From: Malacoraja senta
Lineage: Eukaryota
Direction of reading: 5' to 3'
DNA: 64,000 nucleotides
Assembly: GCA_038087875.1 (NCBI GenBank)
Contig: CM075992.1
Coordinates: 11,906,001-11,970,000, forward strand
Of this stretch, positions 13,491-26,389 are shown piece by piece. The first letter of the stretch is position 1; each line of letters starts with the position of its first letter. A program made the translations under genes and the position numbers. Below the pieces are notes generated by a model. The model ran no database searches, was not told the origin of the DNA, and saw only the letters and a program-made list of their open reading frames with translations.

Positions 13491-13860
13491 TTAGGAGAAT
13501 GAGAGGGATGTCATAGACTCTACTGAACACCAATAGAACTGGATGCAAGAAGGTGTTCCTGATGGTCAGGGACTCTTGGGCCAGAGGTCACAGGCTAAAG
13601 GTCAGTGGTCAGCCAGTTAAGAAGGGGGCTGACAGGAAATGTCTTCTCCCAGAGAATGGTGATTCTGTGAAATTCTCCACCACTGAAATGTGTTGAAGCC
13701 AAATCATTAAATATATGTAAGTGGTTGGATATTTCTGGGGTTAAAGGAAACAAGGGCTGTGGGTAAAGCTGCAACTGGACACAGAGTGTGGGTGATCAGT
13801 CGTGACCATTCTGAACAGGTTCGATGGGCCAAATGGCCTGCTCCTGCTACACATTCTGTT
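13491..13860 (+). mobile_element. CR1 3' end
   Basis: Degenerate RRMRGD... C-terminus and a gggccaaatggcctgctcctgct 3' motif. Confidence 0.7.
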
Positions 13861-14090
13861 GCTGTGATATCCAGAAGCCCACCTGCCCTGGTCCAGTCTG
13901 TAAGTGTGGATGTTGGGACACAACAGCCTGCCCATTCACCTTCAACTCCAAGGGATCCTTTACTTGTGAATAGTCCAAGAACATGTGTTGCTTATTTCTT
14001 TAGCCAAGCCCTGGCTGACAGGTAGTGATACAAAGGATAGAATAGAACGATAGAATGAACGTTCTCAAGTGAAATTGTATTCTGACTCAC

Positions 14091-14177
14091 CAATACACGT
14101 CCTATTGGTTGCTTTCACGTATCCTTCTGTACAGTCTTTGGTTGGAACTAGAAACGTCAGATGGCTTTTGTAAATCA
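14091..14177 (-). CDS. Upstream exon of the same EGF-TM7-like gene
   Basis: 87 bp phase 1-1 exon with acceptor ccctgttctggttgtttttgcag and donor G|gtgagt. Translates as (x)IYKSHLTFLVPTKDCTEGYVKATNRTCI and splices in frame onto 2773 to give ...TCI-D-EDEC. Confidence 0.7.
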
Positions 14178-14685
14178 CTGCAAAAACAACCAGAACAGGG
14201 TCAGATATTGGAAGAATCCATGTCCATACATTATTCCGTTCCCACAGAGCTGCAAAGAAGGAGAATGATTATGGTTAATGCTTTGCCAATTGACAACATT
14301 AACAGAAAAGTTCAGCAGCTCCTCAAATATGTGATGAAGAAAACTGCTGAGAGCTGTTAAAGTTAGTCATACACCAGTTAGAGTTAGTCATACAGCAGAG
14401 AAACGGGCCCTTGAGTCCGTGCAACAATCAACCGCCCACCTCCATTAATCCTACATTTTATATACACTCCTCTGCCACTTGATCCTCGACTTTCTGACCC
14501 AGAGCACGATCAGTAGGGAGAGGTAAAAACACATCCTCCACAATAACTCTCAACACAGTTGTCCCACTGGATCCCTTCTCAGTCCCTGCTATACTCCCAA
14601 AACACTCATGACTGTGTGGACAAATTCAGCTCAAACTCAAGAGTCAAGAGTGTTTTATTGTCACATGTCCCAATCACAAAAATGA

Positions 14686-15540
14686 TTAAGAAGGAAGTGC
14701 AGATGCTGGAAAAATCGAAGGTAAATAAAAATGCTGGAGAAACTCAGCGGGTGAGGCAACATTCATGGAGCGAAGGAATAGGTGACGTTTCGGGTCAAGA
14801 CCCTTCTTCAGACATGTGTAGGTGTGGTGGGGGTGGGAAGAAGAAAGGAAGAGGCAGAGACAGTGGGCTGTGGGAGAGCTGGGAACAGGAGGGGAAAGAG
14901 GGAGAAAGCAAGGACTACCTGAAATTGGAGAAGTCAATGTTGATACCGCTGGGGTGTAAACTACCCAAGCGAAATATGAGGTGCTGCTCCTCCAATTTAC
15001 GGTGGGACTCACTGTGGCCATGGAGGAGACCCAGGACAGAAAGGTCGGATTCGGAATGGGAGCGGGAGTTGAAGTGCTGAGCCACTGGGAGATCAGGTTG
15101 GTTATTGCGAACTGAGCGAAGGTGTTGAGCGAAGCGATCACCAAGCCTGCGCTTGGTCTCACCGATGTAGAGCAGCTGACAACTAGAGCAGCGGATGCAA
15201 TAGATGAGGTTGGAGGAGGTGCAGGTGAACCTCTGCAGCACCTGGAAAGACTGCTTAGGTCCTTGGATGGAGCCAAGTGGGGAGGTAAAGCGACAATTGT
15301 AGCATTTCCTGCGGTTACAAGGGAAAGTACCAGGGGAGGGGGTGGTTTGGGTGGGAAAGGACGAATTGACCAGGGAGTTATGGAGGAAGTGGTATCTGTG
15401 GAAAGCCGAAAGGGGAGGAGATAGGAAGATGTGGCCAGTGATGGGATCTTGTTGGAGGTGGCGAAAATGTTGGAGGATTATCTGTTGTATGTGACGCCTG
15501 GTAGGGTGGAATGTGAGGACAAGGGGGAATGTGAGGACAA
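14686..15540 (-). mobile_element. 5'-truncated Penelope element (GIY-YIG endonuclease and 3' repeat)
   Basis: PCNRRKCYNC...NLIYCIRCSSCQLLYIGETKRRLGDRFAQH...GINIDFSNF. Confidence 0.9.
14781..14813 (-). ncRNA. Minimal type I hammerhead ribozyme motif
   Basis: Minus strand reads GT-CTGAAGA-A-GGGTCTTGACCC-GAAAC-GTC-AC: intact core boxes, helix II and a GUC cleavage triplet. Confidence 0.7.
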
Positions 15541-15640
15541 GAATATGTAAACATAGCACTGTTAACAATATAACCAATGAATTGGAAATTTCAGTATATA
15601 TACTGTATATATATATACACTGAAATTGGAAATTTCAGTA

Positions 15641-18480
15641 CATAGAAACATAGAAACATAGAAATTAGGTGCAGGAGTAGGCCATTCGGCCCTTCGAGCC
15701 TGCACCGCCATTCAATATGATCATGGCTGATCATCCAACTCAGTATCCCGTACCTGCCTTCTCTCCATACCCTCTGATCCCTTTAGCCACAAGGGCCACA
15801 TCTAGCTCCCTCTTAAATATAGCCAATGAACTGGCCTCGACTACCCTCTGTAGCAGAGAGTTCCAGAGATTCACCACTCTCTGTGTGAAAAAAGTTCTTC
15901 TCATCTCGGTTTTAAAGGATTTCCCCCTTATCCTTAAGCTGTGACCCCTTGTCCTGGACTTCCCCAACATCGGGAGCAATCTTCCTGCATCTAGCCTGTC
16001 CAACCCCTTAAGAATTTTGTAAGTTTCTATGATCCCCTCTCAATCTCCTAAATTCTAGAGAGTATAAACCAAGTCTATCCAGTCTTTCTTCATAAGACAG
16101 TCCTGACATCCCAGGAATCAGTCTGGTGAACCTTCTCTGCACTCCCTCTATGGCAATAATGTCCTTCCTCAGATTTGGAGACCAAAACTGTACGCAATAC
16201 TCCAGGTGTGGTCTCACCAAGACCCTGTACAACTGCAGTAGAACCTCCCTGCTCCTATACTCAAATCCTTTTGCTATGAAAGCTAACATACCATTCGCTT
16301 TCTTCACTGCCTGCTGCACCTGCATGCCTACTTTCAATGACTGGTGTACCATGACACCCAGGTCTCGCTGCATCTCCCCTTTTCCAAGTCGGCCACCATT
16401 TAGAAAATAGTCTGCTTTACTGTTTTTGCCACCAAAATGGATAACCTCACATTTATCCACATTATACTGCATCTGCCACACATTTGCCCACTCACCCAGC
16501 CTATCCTAGTCACCTTGCAGTCTCCTAGCATCCTCCTCACAGCTAACACTGCCCCCCAGCTTAGTGTCATCCGCAAACTTGGAGATATTGCCTTCAATTC
16601 CCTCATCCAGGTCACTAATATATATTGTAAATAGCTGGGGTCCCAGCACTGAGCCTTGCGGTACCCCACTAGTCACTGCCTGCCATTGTGAAAAGGACCC
16701 GTTTACTCCTACTCTTTGCTTCCTGTTTGCCAGCCAGTTCTCTATCCACATCAATACTGAACCCCCAATGCCATGTGCTTCAAGTTTGTATACTAATCTC
16801 TTATGTGGGACCTTGTCGAAAGCCTTCTGGAAGTCCAGATACACCACATCCACTGGTTCTCCCCTATCCACGCTACTAGTTACATCCTCGAAAAATTCTA
16901 TAAGATTCGTCAGACATGATTTACCTTTCGTAAATCCATGCTGACTTTGTCCAATGATTTCACCACTTTCCAAATGTGCTGCTATCCCATCTTTAATAAC
17001 TGACTCTAGCAGTTTCCCCACTACCGATGTTAGACTAACTGGTCTGTAATTCCCCGTTTTCTCTCTCCCTCCCTTCTTAAAAAGTGGGTTACGTTTGCTA
17101 CCCGCCAATCCTCAGGAACTACTCCAGAATCTAAAGAATTTTGAAAGATTATTACTAATGCATCCACTATTTCTGGAGCTACTTCCTTAAGTACTCTGGG
17201 ATGCAGCCTATCTGGCCCTGGGGATTTATCGGCCTTTAATCCATTCAATTTACCCAAAACCACTTCCCGACTAACCTGGATTTCACTCAATTCCTCCAAC
17301 TCCTTTGACCCGCGGTCCCCTGCTATTTCCGGCAGATTATTTATGTCTTCCTTAGTGAAGACGGAACCAAAGTAGTTATTCAATTGGTCCGCCATATCCT
17401 TGTTCCCCATGATCAACTCACCTGTTTCTGACTGCAAGGAACCTACATTTGTTTTAACTAATCTTTCTTTTTACATATTTATAAAAACTTTTGCAGTCAG
17501 TTTTTATGTTCCCTGCCAGTTTTCTTTCATAATCTATTTTTCCTTTCCTAATTAAGCCCTTTGTCCTCCTCTGCTGGTCTCTGAATTTCTCCCAGTCCTC
17601 TGGTATGCTGCTTTTTCTGGCTAATTTGTACGCATCATCTTTCGCTTTGATACCATCCCTGATTTCCCTTGTTATCCACGGATGCACTACCTTCCCTGAT
17701 TTATTCTTTTCCCAAACTGGGATGAACAATTTTTGTAGTTCATCCATGCAGTCTTTAAATGTCTTCCATTGCATGTCCACCGTCAACCCTTTTAGAATTA
17801 ATTGCCAGTCAATCATGGCCAATTCATGTCTCATACCCTCAAAGTTACCTTTCTTTAAGTTCAGAACCATTGTTTCTGAATTAACAATGTCACTCTCCAT
17901 CCTAATGAAGAACTCAACCATATTATGGTCACTCTTGCCCAAGGGGGCACGTACAACAAGACTGCTAACTAACCCTTCCTCATTACTCAATACCCAGTCT
18001 AAAATAGCCTGCTCTCTCGTTGGTTCCTCTACATGTTGATTTAGATAACTATCCCGCATACATTCCAAGAAATCCTCTTCCTCAGCACCCCTGCCAATTT
18101 GATTCACCCAATCTATATGTAGATTGAAGTCACCCATTATAACTGTTTTGCCTTTGTCGCATGCATTTCTAATTTCCTGTTTGATGCCATCCCCAACTTC
18201 ACTACTACTGCTAGGTGGCCTGTACACAACACCCACCAGCGTTTTCTGCCCCTTAGTGTTTCGCAGCTCTACCCATACCGATTCCACATCCTCCAAGCTA
18301 ATGTCCTTCCTTTCCACTGAGTTAATCTCCTCTCTAACCAGCAACGCTACCCCACCTCCTTTTCCTTTCTCTCTGTCCCTCCTGAATATTGAATATCCCT
18401 GGATGTTCAGCTCCCAGCCTTGGTCACCCTGGAGCCATGTCTCCGTGATCCCAACTATATCATAGTCATTAATAGCTATA
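15641..18480 (-). mobile_element. Young 5'-truncated CR1 (HER1-like) LINE, ORF2 with a few frameshifts
   Basis: [69 protein letters not shown]. Tail is (TTCTATGT)n at 15641-15664. Confidence 0.95.
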
Positions 18481-18619
18481 TATTCATTGATTATATAGTC
18501 AACAGAGTGCTATGTTTACATATTCTGTTGTGCCGCTGCAAGTAAGAATCTCTTTTTTAAATCTTTGTTCGAGGTGTACCGTGGCCCTATCCCCGAACTC
18601 TACCTCCGCTACATCGACG

Positions 18620-18639
18620 ACACACACACACACACATAT

Positions 18640-18696
<57 letters not shown>

Positions 18697-18720
18697 CATA
18701 TATATATTAGTATATACACA
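18620..18720. repeat. (CA)n / (TACATA)n microsatellite
   Basis: Visible directly in the sequence. Confidence 0.95.
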
Positions 18721-18780
18721 CAAACAAAGGAACAAACAATAATAGTGCAAAAAGACAAAACTAATGTCCCCAAGTCTATG

Positions 18781-19822
18781 TAGAGCAATGTTACAAAATT
18801 TTGAGATTTAAAAAATCTAGTCTGCAATTTATCCCATCAGATAAAGCATAAAAAGAAGTTTAATTTGACACCTAATTCACTTTCATATCTTCTGTATTAA
18901 AAAAGTTATGGCCATTTTCATACTCGGAAATTAGCATCGTGTTCCATATTGCTTTTCCATTGACTTAACACAAAAGCTGTGATCAAGGACAGTCAAAAGC
19001 CCATAACCTTCTTAAAAATTAAGAGAACTGAATGAAATGTTCAGTTATTATAGATTGAAGCATTCTGAAACAAATATGAAACAATCTTACTTGGATGACC
19101 TGAAATTAAAGCATATAATTAGTTAGTTACCCAATTGTAGCTAATTACAAAATTTGATTACTAGACCTAAATATCTATCCATTTAAGAAAAAGTTAACAT
19201 TTTTAAAAAGCCTAAGTGTCCAAATAACATTCACACAAGTATTCACAATATAACATTATTTTTAAATCTCATTGTCATTAATTTATAGGCCAAATGGAAG
19301 GAATTTAGTGTTTAATTCCTGTAAATTAATGGGCATTTAAATCATCTTGCGAGTGGGATTTTGTGGAATGCGCTGGTTTGGAACGTTGCAGTTGCAGTGA
19401 ATTAAACCCCAATATCGGCAGGAAAAATACTGCTGGTTGGTATATTTACATAATCACATTTTCGCAACTTGAAATTTTTATTAAAGGCATCCTAAGAAGC
19501 AAGTTTATATGAAAAAATAAACGGCGTACCTTGCCTTGTCCCGTGCGTGAAATCCGTCCCATTGTCGGCATTGACGGCATTTGAAGATGATTTTAATTGT
19601 ACTCCAACAATTTAATTATCCAGCGCTAATTTTAATAATCTTAATAAAATGGCAGTCGAAGCGATTTTTCTTTAGCGGCTAATTTACCTGACAGACATCG
19701 ATTTGAATAGGCTGCCGAAATATCGCATTTTAAACCCGCCCCCTCTCAAAGGCGCCAAAATCGTGCACATGGGCAGTGACAGAACTGCAGCGCCACTGAA
19801 GGTAAGTATTGTAAAATATCTA
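18781..19822. mobile_element. Probable non-autonomous DNA transposon (~1 kb, AT-rich)
   Basis: Imperfect terminal inverted repeats: tagagcaatgttacaaaa versus the reverse complement of the right end, tagatattttacaata. TA at both ends, no convincing ORF, composition distinct from the flanks. Confidence 0.45.
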
Positions 19823-20754
19823 CTTCTTGCATATGTCACTGAGCTGGCATTTGGGTATAGTAGGTAAGCAATTAAGAAGGCTAATGTCTGTTGGCTTTTA
19901 TTGCATGTGCATTTAAGTAGCAGAATAGAAAGAGGATAGGTAAAAGGATAGGAAAGGTTTAGAGGGATATGAGCCAAACGTGGGAAAATAGGACTAGCTT
20001 AGATGGGGCACCTTGGTCGTCATGGACGAGTTGAGCTGAAGGGCCTGTTTATGTGCTGAGTGACTCTATAAATAGAAAAAGCACCCTGCCCCAAACCATT
20101 GCCTGTCCATCCCCCCACAGATGCTGCAATGACCTGTTCAGTTACTCCAAAAAAGTGTTTTGTTAAAGTTGCAGCATCTGCAGTTTTTTGTGTCTGGAAC
20201 TTTTTCTTCCCAGCTGTTATCAAGAAACTAAAATGGTTATAACTGGTGAGCGGTCCTGAGATACTATTTGTCTCATTGAACCTCTGATTATCATTAATCG
20301 GACTTTATCATGCACTAAAACTTTATTTCCTTTATCATGTATCTGAACATGTGATAATAAACTAAACTCTACCCACCAGGTGGCAGTATACTCCATCAGC
20401 TGGAGGCTCAGATGGTGAAGCTTCCTCGTGCATTGAGAGCTCAAACTTGCTGCCATGTAACCAGTACCTTAGCAATGACACCTCATTGGGAGCATTGCAG
20501 ATACATGTGGTTCTGTGCAGAACAAAATAACAGGAGTCCACTAACCATCAAACACTAATCCAATATTAGACATGGACATATTAATCCCTTTTATTTTAAT
20601 TCTCCCCATATTCTCACCAACTCCCCCCAGATTCTATCATTCACCAATCACTCAGGATAATGTACAGAGGGCCATTAACTTACAAATCCACACATCTTTG
20701 GGATGCAGGAAGAAATCCGAGCTTCCAGTTTGGGTTTTGTGAAGTCTTTACCCG

Positions 20755-21030
20755 AGGGCAGCAAAATGGTGCGGTTGGTAGAGTTGCTGTGTCACAATGA
20801 CGTCAGGTGCTGCCTGTGTGTAGTTTGCATGTTCTTCATATTACTGCGTAGATTTCCTTCATTATCCCAATGACGTGCAGGTTTGTAGGTTATTTGGCCT
20901 CAGTAAATTAACTCTTAATGTGTGGAGAGTGAATGTGAAAGTGCAATAACATAGAACCAGTGTGAACAGATGATCAGTGTGGACTCAGTGGGCCAAAGGG
21001 CCTGTCTCCATGCTGTATCTTTCAATCAAC
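20755..21030 (+). mobile_element. Degenerate V-SINE (HE1-like)
   Basis: ggtagagttgct head, tgtgtgtagtttgcatgttct core, gggccaaagggcctgtctccatgctgtatct tail. Confidence 0.7.
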
Positions 21031-22879
21031 TATCACTTACTCTAGATCTCATCACCGTCTTGGTCCAAACAGGAATCCGGGAGCTGAATTCCAGAGTGAA
21101 GTTCTTAAATCCAACTTCCTCACCCATTCTCAAAGCTCCTCATGCTGATTGGATTTGAGGAACGTTTAAACCATCAAAAATATAATTTAGGTTCTTGAGA
21201 TGTAAATAACTGCTCAACATTACATTGGGGATGAATAGACTGAGATGAAGAACAATGATGCTTCCTCCCTGTCACTAATCCAGGTTTGCTTCGGAAGAGA
21301 ATGTTGTGTGCTTTCCTTCATCTGGACTTGGTTCACACTGATGTGGGTGACATAAAGCTGCCTCTCCAATAGCCCGGCACCAAATCAGTTGTTTAGTGCA
21401 ACCAGTCATAGTCATAGAGCAGAGAAACAAGCACTTCAGCTCAATTCATCCATGTCGCCCAAGATACTTCATTCAAGCTAGTCCCATTCACCCATGTTTG
21501 GCCGATATCCCTTTAAACCGTTCCTATCCATATTCCTGTCCAAGTGTTCCTGTTATTGTATCTGCCACAACTACCTCATCTTGCAGCTCATTTGGAGCCA
21601 CCACCCTCTGGGTGATGATTAAAAATAATCAGGTGCCTTCTACTCTGATTCACAATCCCAGCAGTAACTGAATGTCTCAGTAAGGGTTTTTAAAGCAGAC
21701 TTAGATCGGAGCTGTATGAGGAGGTTTCTCTTTATACAGATGGTCACATATGTCTGACTTCTATTGCTTTTACAGAGGAATTCAAGTTCTAGGTGAGTGT
21801 GGAGAGACTGGGTACAAAGGATGGGGAATTGTTTTGTGGATACAGATGTTGGATTGCAAAGCTTGTTAAGGGGAGATTCAAAAATGTCTTCAAAAACACA
21901 GTTGATAGAATGAAGAGGGGGAAGCTGTTACCTGTGATTGAGGGTTAGTTAGGATTTGTGGCACCAGAGGTGAGATCGGTATTTGGCGTGAAGTTGAATG
22001 GGGGTTTGAGGACACAGTTGGTTAAGTTCTCTGAGAATTTGTGTTTAGGTTATGGTTGTGGTTGGCCATTAATTTCCGAAAATATCCCTGTAACACTATC
22101 AAGCAAAGGGATCAGATGGAGACCAGACTTGAATGAGAGTAGGACCAGGTTATAGGTCGACATGGTTTGATGCAGGAGATTTCAAATTAATTTCCGTGTA
22201 GTGCAGAATAAAAGCCTTATCACCCGACATTGAGAAGATCATGTTGGTTCTTTTAGGTATTAGATCCTGTTTATATTATAATTTTTTTTTAAAGGAGATT
22301 AAGGTTCAGAACAAGTCAGACTGATAGGATGTGAATACATTTTTGGCAGATGTCTGTTCGGTTCATGTATTAAGTTCTCAGTCATCTTTAATCCAATCCC
22401 AATAATCATTGTTTCCAGCAATAAATATGTCTTTAATTGCACCAATTATTCATAATCATAAGGTCTTAAGGAATCGGCGTAGAGTTAGGCCATTCAGCCC
22501 ATCAAGTCTACTCGGCCATTCAATCATGGCTAATCGATCTCTCCCTCCTAATTCCTGCCTTCTCCCCAAAACCTCTGACACCCGTACTAATCAAGATTTT
22601 AATCAAAATCATATTTACTACCAGAGTTGTCTTTGCACGGAGATTGCTTGATGGAGCAATATTTATGGGACAGAGTAAAGGAAATTCTATTTTGTACCCA
22701 GCCCATGTCATATCACCCATACATGCTGAGGGAACTACCCATGATTTGGTAAAGTTAGTAAAGTCCATGATACCTGCATTTCCTGCCACCCTCTTGCGCC
22801 TCTGTCCAGTGCCAAAGCCCTAAATCGGGTTTCAAAAAAATGCTGGATTCTCACAGGATGAAGTTCTGGTCAATAATTT

Positions 22880-23080
22880 GTGTAAGAAAGAACTGCAATG
22901 CTGGTTTAACTCAATGGTAGACACAAAATGCTGAAGTAACTCAGTGGGACAGGCAGCATCTCTGGAGAGAAGGAATCGGTGATGTTTCGCATCGAGACCA
23001 TTCTTCAGACCGATGTCAGGCTGAAGAAGGATCTCGACCTGCAACGTCATTTCAGTTACTCCAGCATTTTGTGTCTACCT
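22880..23080. repeat. Fold-back unit of two inverted Penelope ends
   Basis: ggtagacacaaaatgctgaagtaact (22916-22941) pairs with agttactccagcattttgtgtctacc (23055-23080). Degenerate hammerhead cores on both strands. Confidence 0.75.
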
Positions 23081-23249
23081 TCTGGTCAATAATCATCCTC
23101 AACCATGTCTGCTCACACAGATGGTATGCCCACTCCTGCAGTGATGCCTGCTATGGACAAACTGTCTGCTGGATTCCTGCTCTACTAAAGTGACTTAATT
23201 GGCTGGAAGAACCTTAGGATATGGTGAGTGTTGAATAACGCATACAGAG

Positions 23250-23840
23250 TCAAAAACCCTGCAAGTTAGGATGTTATATTACAGTTCTACAAGCTGTTGG
23301 TGAGGCTACAATTCTGTTCAGTTTTGGTCACCGTGTTATAGGAAGGATGTTAAACTGGAAAGAGTGCAAAGAAGATTTACAAGGATGTTGCCATGATTCA
23401 AGGACGTGAGCAATAGGGAGAGGTTGGGCAGGCTAGGACTTTACTCCTTGATCTGTGCGGTGATCTTGTCGAGGTGTATAAAGTCATGAAGGGAATAGAT
23501 AGGGTGAATGTATACTTTTACCCAGAGTGCGGGAATGAAGAATTAAAGTTCTTCATTGTTTCATAACTTCATAGACATAGGTTTAAAGTGAGAGGGGAAA
23601 GATTTCATAGCAACCTGAGGGGCCCACTTTTGCACACTAAGAATGGTGTTTATGGAATGACCAGCCAAAAGAGGTTGTTGAAACAGTTAATAAAAAAACA
23701 TTGAAAACATATTTGGACAGCCACATGGATAGGAAGAGTTTAGAGGGATACGGACCAAATGCAGGGAGGTGGGACTAGTGTAGCTGGGGCATCTTGATCG
23801 GCATAGGCAAGTTGGGCCGAAGGGCCTGTTTCTGTGGATT
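23250..23840 (+). mobile_element. CR1 3' end
   Basis: Degenerate RT C-terminus and a gggccgaagggcctgtttctg 3' motif. Confidence 0.75.
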
Positions 23841-24339
23841 ATGACGTGATTACCTATTGTGCATGGAAACAAGCCCTTTGGCCCATCATGTGCATCCGAC
23901 CAAGTTTGTAGACTAGGTTATTCTCATTTGCCTGCACTTGGGCCAAACACATTTAGTTTAGTGATACAGCATGGAAACAGGCCCTTTGGCCAACCGAACC
24001 CATGACTTTCATCAATCACCCGCTCACACATGTTCTATGTTTTACCAGTTTCTCATCCACTCGCTACATATTAGGGGCAATTTAAAGCAATTAACCTACA
24101 AATCCACACATCTTTGGGATGTAGGGGGACACCAAAGCACCTGCAGGAAACGCACACGGACTGCCTGGTGCCGTGAGGAAGCAACTTTACCAGATGCCCC
24201 ACTTTAACCTTAAACCCACCATAGCCAAATAGCTGTCCAAATATCCATTAGAAGGAGTCATTGTTTCTGTAACTTCCTCTGGCAGCTCTATCTCGTGGAA
24301 CACTAATCTTAAAAAAAGACACAAAGTGATGGAGTAATT

Positions 24340-25555
24340 TAGCAGTGACAAATATGCAGTGCTGTTCCTCCAGTATGCATGTGGCCTCACTCTTGTAATG
24401 GAGGAGGCCCTGGATATATTGTAATACTATGTTTCATTTTGGTCACCCTGTTATTGAGAAAGATGCCAGTTGCCTGGAAAAGGTGCAGAGAAGACAGAAA
24501 TAATTATACCATCGAATGTCAAGTTGAGGAATATCAACCCTACATTGTTGGACTTGGTCAGTGGCTGACAGGTTTGTGGCTTCCGGTTTGGTGAGAGTTC
24601 TAGGGGTTGCATACACCGAGGCAAATGGAGAGGATCTGTAATCCTCCTGATCCAGAAGATTGAGGTCGAGGGTATGGGAATGGGAAGAGGAGTTAAAATG
24701 GTTAGCAACCGGGAGATCCAGCAGCCTTGGCAGAGCGATCACGTGATAGATGAAACAATCACTGAGTCTACGGGTGGTATCGCCAATATGTGGGCGGTCA
24801 CATCGGGAACAGAGGAAGTACAAGTAAACCTATCTCACCTGGAAGGTCAGCTGGGGTCTTTGGTTGGAGGTGAGGGAAGAGTCATAGAGACAGGTGTTGC
24901 ATCTCCTGCAGTTGCAGGGGAAAGGACCTGGTGGTTTGGACAGGAAGGGATGAGTGAACCATGAAGTTGTAGAGGGAGTGGTCTTTCTGGAACGTGAAAC
25001 GGGGTGGGGATGGGAAGCTGTGACTGGTGGTGGGATCATGCTGGAATTGATGGAAATGTAGAAGACTGGTATGTTGAGAGACTGGTGGGGTGAAAGGCAA
25101 GTACCAAGGCAGCTCTATCCTCATTCCACCTCTGAGGGGGACAGCGAGAGCAGAACTACAGGACACAGAGGAGACGCAGGTGAGGGATTCATCTATGACA
25201 GCAGGTAGGAAACCACGTTTACAAAATAATGAAGACATCATGGATATGTTAGAATGGTAAGGCTCATCTGTGGAGCAGATGCTGTGGACATGGAGATATT
25301 GAGAGTAGGGGATGGCAGGGTGGAAGGAAGTGTAGTCCATATAACCGTGGGTGTCAGTGGGTTTGTGTTAGAGGCCAGTTAATAGTCAACCCCTTGTGAA
25401 GTAGACACAGATTAAGAAAGTGGAGAGCAGTGTCGAAGATGGATAAAGTGCATTTGAGGCCAGGGTGGAAGGTAGTGGTCAAGTTAATGAAATCAACAAG
25501 TTTTGCATGGCTGCTCTGATGCGGTCAGTAATGTAGCAGAGAAGGAGTTGGGGAT
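24340..25555 (-). mobile_element. Degenerate Penelope element (RT C-terminus and GIY-YIG)
   Basis: DYTSFHP..IPYSQYL, PCNCRRCNTC, HIGDTTRRLSD remnants. Confidence 0.75.
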
Positions 25556-26389
25556 TGGAAACTAACCTCATCTATCTGCATGTGATCCCTATCCCTCCAT
25601 ATACATGTGCCTATCTAAAAGCCTCTAACATGCAAGTCTTGTACCTGCCTCCACTACCACCCCTGGTAGCATGCTCCAGATACCCACTACTCTCACTTTT
25701 GTTTTACACCAAAAACTTGCCTCGCATGTCTTCTTTAAACATTGCTCCTCTTGCCAATCGTATGTTAAGATCCATGCAAATCCTTCCTTCTATGAAGTAA
25801 AAAGTCATGTTTGGCACATTGCCATAATTGCCATTTACCCATTCAAAATGTCAGCTACAAACCAAGGTTACACAGCGTTTCAGACAACCAGTTGGCAGAA
25901 CTTGTAAGTTCAACATAAGTAAAATAAATCCTGTTCCAAATGAGGTGATGTACTGGCCAGGACAGAATATGGTGGCAATTTTGTATTCAATTTATTGTCA
26001 TTATCTCATAAGAGACAACGAAAGGAATTTTCCTTGCAGTCATGTAACATAAAAATAAATAATAAATTAATTAATTAATTTTTTAAAAAGAACAAACGCA
26101 GAAGCCCATGACACATCACAACCCCACAGCGGCACCAAAGTTAAGGAAGGTACCATAGTCCAGCCAGCCTCCCCGCCGATCTTCCCAGCTGTTCACCCGT
26201 GGTCGGGGCCTGGCAGTGAAGGCAGTTGCTGGTTCTGATGTACCTCAAACATGACACAGTGGCGCACAGTTAGAGTTGCTGCCTTACAGCGTCAGAGAAC
26301 CGGCTCACCACCAGAGAGACTCAAACACTTTCTACCAGAATTCTGCCTGCATTAGAGGGTCTTAGCTGCAAGGAGAGATACTCTGGGTA

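Noticed and set aside
18499..18827. ORFs with YV, YT, YI and MY repeats
   Set aside because: Translations of a microsatellite.
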